Shown one piece after another: positions 1-5,818 of a stretch of DNA of 32,000 nucleotides. The position numbers and the translations under genes were made by a program. The DNA is from a virus. The stretch lies in the IMG/VR virus record IMGVR_UViG_3300002461_001027, positions 1 to 32,000 of that record; one strand, 5' to 3'. The notes beneath the pieces are model-generated. The model was given only the letters and a program-made list of their open reading frames with translations, had not been told where the DNA came from and did not search any database. Positions within the stretch are counted from its first letter, which is position 1. Each line of letters begins with the position of its first letter.

Positions 1-536
1 TGGAAGGGGGAGTTCGAGTGGAAGTTCGTGCCAGCGAGCATGCCACCGGAGGAAACGCTCGACGCGAACACCCACGACACAGCCGACTCGGGGTTCACGC
101 CAGACGAGTCGGCCCCGAAGGCGAGGGTCGGTCCGATGTTGTTCACCCCATCGGGCGACGTCAGGTAGATGGCGTGACGCGGCTTGTTCGTGGACACGTT
201 GTAGCCGCTCCCAAACACGACGAGGCCGACGCCTGCGTCCGGATTGCGGATGGGCTCGCCCGCGTAGATGGTGCCCCGGCCATTGAAGACGCCGCCGTCG
301 TACCAGTACGACGAGCCGCCACCACCGAAGGTCTGCCATGCCGTGCCGTTGTTGTACTTCGGCGCGTTGGTGTCCGTGTCGTAGATGAGCGCGCCTTCGA
401 TGGTGGCGCTGCTCGCGGGCAGCCCAGCCGTGGTGCTGTGGCCGAGCTTGAACATGGTGCCGAGCGTCGCCTGCGAGAAAGCGAACGCACTGGTGAGCAG
501 CAGGAGGGCGAGGAGAATGCGGAGTCGAGGAGTCAT
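1..536 (-). CDS. secreted Gly/Asn-rich beta-protein, 3' end beyond window (fibre/adhesin-like, function unknown)
   Basis: Absent from the track because it runs off the window. ATG 536..534 lies in palindrome copy 530..541. I checked every minus-frame triplet down to position 3 and found no stop. Third positions are almost all G/C. N-terminus MTPRLRILLALLLLTSAFAFSQA is a Sec-type signal peptide. Confidence 0.75.
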   Translation of the reverse strand, partial: MTPRLRILLALLLLTSAFAFSQATLGTMFKLGHSTTAGLPASSATIEGALIYDTDTNAPKYNNGTAWQTFGGGGSSYWYDGGVFNGRGTIYAGEPIRNPDAGVGLVVFGSGYNVSTNKPRHAIYLTSPDGVNNIGPTLAFGADSSGVNPESAVSWVFASSVSSGGMLAGTNFHSNSPF

Positions 537-541
537 GACTT
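530..541. repeat. palindrome copy GAGTCATGACTT (11/12)
   Basis: Central ATG (minus strand) is the start of CDS 1..536. Confidence 0.9.
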
Positions 542-548
542 GGACCTT

Positions 549-1985
549 TCAGCGCGTGATGACGGAGTTGAGTGGGCTGACGATGACCTGAGGCGCAGGC
601 AAGCCCGTGAGGAAGCTGAAGGTGTACGCGGTGCCATCGATGAGCAATTCGTTGGTCACCGTGGAAAAGGCCGGAGACGTGCCGTCAAACAGGACGCGTC
701 CACCGTTTCTCACGTTCACGGCCGTCGTGCATGACTCGAAGACCCACGCCGAGAGCGCATAGCTCTGCCCGATGTCGACACGCACGCCCTCGGAGCAACC
801 CTCGATACGGTTTGTCAGCGTGCTGCTGGAGCGGTACGTGAAGTTGGGCGGCTGCAGAGCGCTACTGCGCAGGCCCGACGCGACGCCGACGCCTGCTGAC
901 GTGCAGTAGACCCATGACCCGCTGACCGGCGACGTCACACCGCTGCCCGGGAGAGACAGCACGGGGTTGAGCCCGCCGTTGCCCGGGGCTCGGAAGATGC
1001 TCTCGGAGTAGAATGGACCGATGCCGTTGTTGACCTGTACGGGGTCCACGTACGTGACGGCCGAGCTACCAGCAGCGAGCGCTTCGACGAGTGAACTCGT
1101 CGCGAAAATCGAGGGGGAGAACACCGGCAACACCGAAGACCACACAACGGCCAGCGCGACACCGCTCGCTGAAGTCGAGGTGACGAAGCTGCGTGAGATG
1201 GTGACGAGCCCCGAGACCGAGACCACAGGCACTGGCGCGCTGACAGTGCATTCGCGCACCGTGATGTTCGCGCTCGTCCCCCACTCGGTCCGCACGGCGG
1301 TCGCTGCTGCGCCAGCGAAGCCGATGCGCGAGATGATGACGTTGCCGGGGCCTAGCACGTTCCGAAAGGTCAAGAGGTTGCTGAAGGTCGCGCTCGGCAC
1401 CTGAACTGCGTATGTCACGCCAACCACCAGCGCCGTGCGCCGGGGGATGGTCACGGCGGTGCCCGTGTTCGTGTCGATGGGGAAGGCCTGTCCGTTGGCG
1501 GCTCCCGACGTCACCGAGAAGAGCTTTCCGTGCAGGTCGCTCGACGTCCACGTCTGCGTCGAGTCGACGACGCTCTGCGGCCCTGCGGCAGCACTGCCAG
1601 CCACGCTGCTCGTGACAGAGCCTGTCACGCTTCCCGTCGCGAGGGTCGCGTTCGTGAGCGTCCCCGCGATGGTGAGCGTGGCGCCTTCGAGCGTGATGTT
1701 CTGCAGGGTCGCTGCGGTCGCGTACGTGCCCGCTGCGACGTTGATGGTGACGTTGTGGCGGATGAAGCGGGGCAGCTTCGCGAAGACGCCGTTCAACGTC
1801 AGGCAGGCTTCGGCGCCACTCGCCGTACAGGCGTTCGAGTCGCTGCCTGTGGGAGCGACGTAGAAGGTGAGGGCGGAGTACGTCTGGTAGGCGCGCTTCT
1901 TGAGGGCGCCACCACGCGTGACAACAGGCTGAGCCGAAGCCCAGCCCGCGAGGATCAACACGAGAACTGCCAGAGTGCGAGTCAT
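549..1985 (-). CDS. secreted repeat-rich protein, parallel beta-helix-like (spike/fibre-like)
   Basis: Track ORF 549..2120 trimmed to ATG 1985 inside exact palindrome 1979..1990. The discarded 45 codons are Arg/Ser-rich and overlap the neighbour. MTRTLAVLVLILAGWASAQP is a signal peptide, followed by T/A/G/V/N repeats such as NVTINVAAGTYATAATLQNITLEGATLTIAG. Confidence 0.8.
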   Translation of the reverse strand: MTRTLAVLVLILAGWASAQPVVTRGGALKKRAYQTYSALTFYVAPTGSDSNACTASGAEACLTLNGVFAKLPRFIRHNVTINVAAGTYATAATLQNITLEGATLTIAGTLTNATLATGSVTGSVTSSVAGSAAAGPQSVVDSTQTWTSSDLHGKLFSVTSGAANGQAFPIDTNTGTAVTIPRRTALVVGVTYAVQVPSATFSNLLTFRNVLGPGNVIISRIGFAGAAATAVRTEWGTSANITVRECTVSAPVPVVSVSGLVTISRSFVTSTSASGVALAVVWSSVLPVFSPSIFATSSLVEALAAGSSAVTYVDPVQVNNGIGPFYSESIFRAPGNGGLNPVLSLPGSGVTSPVSGSWVYCTSAGVGVASGLRSSALQPPNFTYRSSSTLTNRIEGCSEGVRVDIGQSYALSAWVFESCTTAVNVRNGGRVLFDGTSPAFSTVTNELLIDGTAYTFSFLTGLPAPQVIVSPLNSVITR

Positions 1986-1990
1986 GACTC
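1979..1990. repeat. palindrome copy GAGTCATGACTC (exact; 14 bp as CGAGTCATGACTCG)
   Basis: Central ATG is the start of CDS 549..1985. Confidence 0.95.
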
Positions 1991-2013
1991 GCGAGGGTAC
2001 TACAAGTGCCGTC

Positions 2014-2898
2014 TCAGCGGCACTCGTACGTCGAGACGACCGTCGCTGCTGTGTCACTGAGGCAGTACACCGGCTCCGGCGAGGCCCACGCCGCGCAGTC
2101 GCCGACTTCGAGCGCCTCACCGTCAGCGAGCGTGCCGCCGTCGGGCACCGTGTTCACGCTGCAGGTGACGATGGGCGTGCCTGCGTTCTTCGCGCTGTTG
2201 CACGCGCGCAGGAGCCAGCGTCCGGGCAGCCCGCCGTCAGCGGGAATCGCGACCACAGAAGTGCCAACGGATGAAGCGGATGAGCGGGAGACGTTGCAGT
2301 AGGGCGCCGAAATCGGCATCCCCGCGTCGTTCGTAGGGGTCGACACAGAAATCGAATACGTGCTGCTGCCGCCGTCCGTCGGCGTGAAGCTCGCCGGGTA
2401 GACGGCGGTCGGGGCGAAAGGGATGGGCGTCACCGTGATCTGGATGTCGCAGTCGATGAAGCGCGAAAGATCCACGTTGCCGTTTGTCGAGTTCAGCAGC
2501 TGAAAGCGGCTACCGGGCGACGTTGAGTCCAGCACCATGAGCTGCGCGAAGTTTCCGCTAGTCGACTTCAGCAAGTTCAGCCGAACGAAGTTCGCGATGT
2601 CCGTCACGTTGTAGACGAGGTACAGGAAGTAGCAGCTCTCGCCGAGATAGTTCTCCTGCCCGAGCGTGGTGCCGACCACGCGAATGCGCATCGACTCGAA
2701 CGCACTCCAGTCCCACACCGGCCCGTACGCATTGACCGCGAAAACGCCGCCGTCGGTCGAGAGACGCGGCCAGTCTGCCCAGTCAGCGCTCGGACGCGTC
2801 GCCCACGGATTCAGAACCGCGCCCTTCGAGGGCCGCACGTAGGTCTGTCCGAAAGCGGTGCTCGCGAGCAGGGACAGCAACAGCAGGAATCGAGTCAT
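2014..2898 (-). CDS. secreted protein, unknown function
   Basis: Track ORF. ATG 2898 lies in palindrome copy 2892..2903. MTRFLLLLSLLASTAFGQ is a signal peptide. 294 aa, beta-rich with several Cys. Confidence 0.85.
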   Translation of the reverse strand: MTRFLLLLSLLASTAFGQTYVRPSKGAVLNPWATRPSADWADWPRLSTDGGVFAVNAYGPVWDWSAFESMRIRVVGTTLGQENYLGESCYFLYLVYNVTDIANFVRLNLLKSTSGNFAQLMVLDSTSPGSRFQLLNSTNGNVDLSRFIDCDIQITVTPIPFAPTAVYPASFTPTDGGSSTYSISVSTPTNDAGMPISAPYCNVSRSSASSVGTSVVAIPADGGLPGRWLLRACNSAKNAGTPIVTCSVNTVPDGGTLADGEALEVGDCAAWASPEPVYCLSDTAATVVSTYECR

Positions 2899-2903
2899 GA
2901 CTT
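2892..2903. repeat. palindrome copy GAGTCATGACTT (11/12)
   Basis: Central ATG is the start of CDS 2014..2898. Confidence 0.9.
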
Positions 2904-2968
2904 GGCCTTTCGTTGTGCGGGGTCTGTCTAGCAGACCCCTACCATTTGTAGTCGAGGAGCAGCGCCGG

Positions 2969-3559
2969 TCAGAACTGCTTCCGGGACTGGGGGTAGAGGT
3001 TCGCGTAGCTGAGCAGCTTCATCGGGTCGAAGATGCGCACGCGCAGCACGTCAACGGCGACCATCGGGATGAGCGGCTGGAAGTTCTTCGCGTAGATGCG
3101 CATCGTCGGCATGAGGATGATGCCGACGGCCTCCGTACGGCCGTTCGCGGTGAGCGAGAGCACGTCGTACTTGTCGCTGTTGCCTCCGTTGGGCGTGAGC
3201 GAGAGGTCCGCACCGCAGCCCGGCGTGGTGAGGTCCGCGAACACCTGCACCCGGATGGGGCTGTTGGTGTTGTTGTGGAAGATGGACTTGTAGGTGTCCG
3301 TGATGGTGTCGCCACCAACGGGCGTCGAGACCTCGGTGATGATGTCGAGGCTCTGCGCGAGCAGCTGGAGGTAGAGCACCTCGGCCTGCCGGGCGCTGGG
3401 GTCGGCCACCGGGTTCAGCGGCACGAGCCCGCCCGGCGGAGGACGAATGACCACGGGCGGCGTCTGCCCGACGGGCTGCAGCGGCGCGCTGCGCAGCACG
3501 TTGCGCGCGGAGGGCTGCGCGTAGCCGTCGTCTTCACAGTAGTCGTACTCGTTCGCCAT
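2969..3559 (-). CDS. hypothetical beta-rich protein (possible virion component)
   Basis: Track ORF. AAGGAG lies 8 nt upstream of ATG 3559. 196 aa with no hydrophobic helix. Confidence 0.85.
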   Translation of the reverse strand: MANEYDYCEDDGYAQPSARNVLRSAPLQPVGQTPPVVIRPPPGGLVPLNPVADPSARQAEVLYLQLLAQSLDIITEVSTPVGGDTITDTYKSIFHNNTNSPIRVQVFADLTTPGCGADLSLTPNGGNSDKYDVLSLTANGRTEAVGIILMPTMRIYAKNFQPLIPMVAVDVLRVRIFDPMKLLSYANLYPQSRKQF

Positions 3560-3571
3560 GGTGGTGCTCCT

Positions 3572-4003
3572 TCAGAAGAAGACGAGGGTGAAGCCTGCGG
3601 CGATGGCGGCCGAGCCGACCACGCCGATTCCAATGCGCACCGACGGGTCAAGCTCGTCGAGCGTGATGGCCGTGGTCAGCGCGACGGCGCCGATGACGGC
3701 CGAGATGATGGAGACGAGCGGCTTGGCGAAGAGCAGCTTCGGCTTCGGCTGCACCGGCGGCGTGAGCAACGACGCCTTGTAGGCGTCGCGCGTCGTCTCA
3801 CAGGCGAGCAGCCGGACGCCGCACTTCTCCGCATCAGCCTGCGCGTCGATGATGGCGTCCGTGAGCGCCTTGAAGCTCAACGCGCCGCAGGTGACGCGGT
3901 CGCCGTCGTGCTGGCACGCGGACTCCGCCCACTGCTGCTCGCTGGGCGGAGGCGGGAACATGGGCGTCTGGGCCAGCACGAGCAGCAAAAGGGCGGGAGT
4001 CAT
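3572..4003 (-). CDS. membrane protein (hydrophobic N-terminus, 4 Cys, two C-terminal TM helices)
   Basis: Track ORF. ATG 4003 lies in palindrome copy 3997..4008 and overlaps the upstream TGA (ATGA). Hydrophobic segments are MTPALLLLVLAQ, VSIISAVIGAVALTTAI and IGIGVVGSAAIAAGFTLVFF. Confidence 0.85.
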   Translation of the reverse strand: MTPALLLLVLAQTPMFPPPPSEQQWAESACQHDGDRVTCGALSFKALTDAIIDAQADAEKCGVRLLACETTRDAYKASLLTPPVQPKPKLLFAKPLVSIISAVIGAVALTTAITLDELDPSVRIGIGVVGSAAIAAGFTLVFF

Positions 4004-4008
4004 GACTT
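3997..4008. repeat. palindrome copy GAGTCATGACTT (11/12)
   Basis: Central ATG is the start of 3572..4003 and overlaps the TGA of 4000..4281. Confidence 0.9.
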
Positions 4009-4281
4009 GTTCCGGTTCTTGATGATGACGTTGGCGAAGTCGACGGGGTCGAGCTTCTTCTGCTCAGCGGCGCGTGCGTCGATCTGCTTCACCTGCTCGT
4101 CCGCCATCTTCTCGGTGGCCTTCGCGCCCTGCTCCAGTCCTTCCGCCTTCGCCCGCGCCTTCCCCTCGGCGTCCTCGGCGCCTTCACGGCGCTCTCCGGG
4201 ACCCACGACCCAGTGGTACACGGCTCCGACGATGCCGGAGATGACCACGCCGAGGAGCACGAAGAGCACCGTTTCCCACAT
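4000..4281 (-). CDS. N-terminally anchored membrane protein with charged helical domain (i-spanin-like topology only)
   Basis: Track ORF 4000..4677 trimmed to ATG 4281 (GGGAG about 10 nt upstream). The longer version is Arg/His-rich and overlaps 4287..4619. MWETVLFVLLGVVISGIVGAVYHWVV is followed by an Ala/Glu/Lys-rich helix. Confidence 0.7.
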   Translation of the reverse strand: MWETVLFVLLGVVISGIVGAVYHWVVGPGERREGAEDAEGKARAKAEGLEQGAKATEKMADEQVKQIDARAAEQKKLDPVDFANVIIKNRNKS

Positions 4282-4286
4282 GACGC

Positions 4287-4619
4287 TTAGCTCCCGGCCG
4301 GGGGCTCGGTCGGCGTGGGCTTCGGGGCCGGGACGGCGGCCGGGAGCGCGGCGACGGGGTTCGGCACGGTGATGGTCTGCGGCACGGGCTTCCCGGTCGT
4401 CATCTTCGCGAGCTGGATGCCCTTGTCGAGGTTCACCGAGACGAAGTTGAGGATGGACGCGGCGGTGGTCAGCGCCTTGCCGACCTCTTCGCCCTTCGAC
4501 GTCTTCACCCGGATGATGTGGTTGAGGATGGAGGCGACGCCCGACGTGAGCACCACGACGAGGCCAGCGATGGAGAGGATGAGTTCGAGCTTCTGCATCA
4601 TGTCGACGGACAGTTCCAT
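4287..4619 (-). CDS. small membrane protein with Pro-rich C-terminus
   Basis: Track ORF. GAGG lies 7 nt upstream of ATG 4619. One TM helix, LELILSIAGLVVVLTSGVASIL. Tail is PAAVPAPKPTPTEPPAGS. Confidence 0.8.
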   Translation of the reverse strand: MELSVDMMQKLELILSIAGLVVVLTSGVASILNHIIRVKTSKGEEVGKALTTAASILNFVSVNLDKGIQLAKMTTGKPVPQTITVPNPVAALPAAVPAPKPTPTEPPAGS

Positions 4620-4636
4620 GGAAACCTCGGTGTGGT

Positions 4637-4664
4637 GGTTGACTTACAGGGTACCCTGTCAACC
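4637..4664. promoter_or_regulatory. compound dyad: perfect 14-bp palindrome ACAGGGTACCCTGT nested in GGTTGAC...GTCAACC
   Basis: Palindrome at 4646..4659, with outer arms at 4637..4643 and 4658..4664. It lies between a terminator and the start of 4287..4619. Candidate operator. Confidence 0.3.
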
Positions 4665-4665
4665 C

Positions 4666-4705
4666 CCGCAACGACAACGGGGCGCCCAGTTTCCTGAGCG
4701 CCCCG
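4666..4705 (-). terminator. putative terminator after 4745..5134
   Basis: 8-bp stem CGGGGCGC / GCGCCCCG, 12-nt loop, then TTGTCGTTG on the minus strand. Confidence 0.45.
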
Positions 4706-4744
4706 TGCCGTCTGCACTGGCAGAGCTGTTTCGCCGCGCCGGAC

Positions 4745-5134
4745 TTAGCGGGAGACCGACGCCGCGAGCGACATGCGGAAGTAGCCGGTCGCGGCGGTGG
4801 TGGTGATGGTCGCCGTGGGCTTGCCCGGGGCCGCCGTCACGAACGCGAGGGCGCCGCCGCCCTTCAGCGTCACGCTCTGGAAGCCGAGCGCGCAGAGGGT
4901 CTCGTCGAGGTCCGCCTGCGAGGCGAAGGTGGTGTTGAACACCTCGCGGATGCGCGAGCCGGTGGGCAGCGCGGCGAGGATGTCCGCGTTCGCGATGGTG
5001 TCGGCGCCGGTGGAGCCGCCCGCGAACTCCAGCGAGGCGGAGTTCATGCCGTTGACGTTGCCGCCGTCGGCGACGCCAGCGAGGGGACCGACGGCGGCGG
5101 GGAGGGCGGGAGCGGTGAGGGTGAGAGCAGCCAT
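4745..5134 (-). CDS. hypothetical Ala/Gly/Thr-rich 129-aa protein in its own transcription unit
   Basis: Track ORF 4745..5149 (TTG) trimmed to ATG 5134 with GGAGA 9 nt upstream. Hairpin terminators lie on both sides (5235..5276 and 4666..4705). Confidence 0.75.
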   Translation of the reverse strand: MAALTLTAPALPAAVGPLAGVADGGNVNGMNSASLEFAGGSTGADTIANADILAALPTGSRIREVFNTTFASQADLDETLCALGFQSVTLKGGGALAFVTAAPGKPTATITTTAATGYFRMSLAASVSR

Positions 5135-5214
5135 GTGGTGAGTCTCCAAATCACCGGCCGAGGAAGTTCGACCGGACGCCCCAGTCTAGGGGCAGCGGCC
5201 ACCAGCATGCCGTC

Positions 5215-5226
5215 GAGTCATGACTC
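5215..5226. repeat. palindrome copy GAGTCATGACTC (exact; 14 bp)
   Basis: Intergenic, between terminator hairpin 5235..5276 and CDS 4745..5134. The ATG opens only an 11-codon mini-ORF. Confidence 0.95.
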
Positions 5227-5234
5227 GGCGCAAG

Positions 5235-5276
5235 GGCCAAACGAAGAGCCTGCCCGGTGCGACCCGGGTCAGGCTC
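5235..5276 (-). terminator. putative terminator after 5367..5816
   Basis: 12-bp stem with a one-nucleotide bulge (GAGCCTGCCCGG / CCGGGtCAGGCTC), then TTCGTTTGG on the minus strand. Confidence 0.55.
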
Positions 5277-5366
5277 TCGGAGTGGAACAGCGCGTCGGTC
5301 GCGGGCCTGTTGGCTCAATGCGCGGACGCTGTCGAGGATCTCTCCGAAGAACTTCCCCTCTTGCGC

Positions 5367-5816
5367 CTACTTCTTCTGGAGGAGCTTGCTCAGGCCCCAC
5401 ATCACGCCGCCACCGATGGCCGCGCCGACCGGGCCGCCGAAGACCATGCCCGTGGTGATGCCGACGATGACCGGAGCGGTCGAGGGCTTCGGCTTCGACG
5501 CCGCCACCTGCGCCGCCGTGGGCGGCCTCGGCAGCAGGGGCGTGCTCTCGTTCATCTTGATGGGCTGCGCCGTGAGCTGCGGCGGCAGCACGCGCACCGA
5601 CGACGGCGTGATGGGCTGCGACTCCTGCCCGGTGCGCGGCTGGAGCACGATGGGGCTGAGTCGCGTGCCGCCGCCTGCGCCGGGCAGCGTGACGGTCGGG
5701 CCCTTGGCGGGCTCCGGCACCGGGTTGACGCCGGTCGAGGCGCCAGCGGTACCGGCCATGTCCGCCATGATGGCGTCGACTTCCTGCTGGGTGAGTCCGA
5801 GGTCTGAGACGGGCAT
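5367..5816 (-). CDS. C-tail-anchored membrane protein, Pro-rich
   Basis: Track ORF 5367..6080 trimmed to ATG 5816, which lies 2 nt after the TGA of 5819..8185. C-terminus is VIVGITTGMVFGGPVGAAIGGGVMWGL followed by SKLLQKK. Confidence 0.75.
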   Translation of the reverse strand: MPVSDLGLTQQEVDAIMADMAGTAGASTGVNPVPEPAKGPTVTLPGAGGGTRLSPIVLQPRTGQESQPITPSSVRVLPPQLTAQPIKMNESTPLLPRPPTAAQVAASKPKPSTAPVIVGITTGMVFGGPVGAAIGGGVMWGLSKLLQKK

Positions 5817-5818
5817 GG

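Noticed and set aside
549-2120. N-terminally extended versions of minus-strand ORFs as listed in the track, for example 549..2120, 4000..4677, 5367..6080, 12779..13561, 15752..16759, 21765..22523, 23405..24028, 25304..26017 and 25801..26862.
   Set aside because: The extensions are Arg/Ser/Pro-rich, overlap the 3' end of the upstream gene or cross terminators, and lack SDs. Internal ATG/GTG codons with an SD, a palindrome or a stop-start overlap give compact non-overlapping genes.
4634-4662. A sigma70 promoter from the TTGACA at 4662..4657 (minus strand).
   Set aside because: At 17-nt spacing the -10 would be ACCACC. The only TA-rich hexamer (TAAGTC) is 10 nt away. I kept it only as a dyad/operator candidate.
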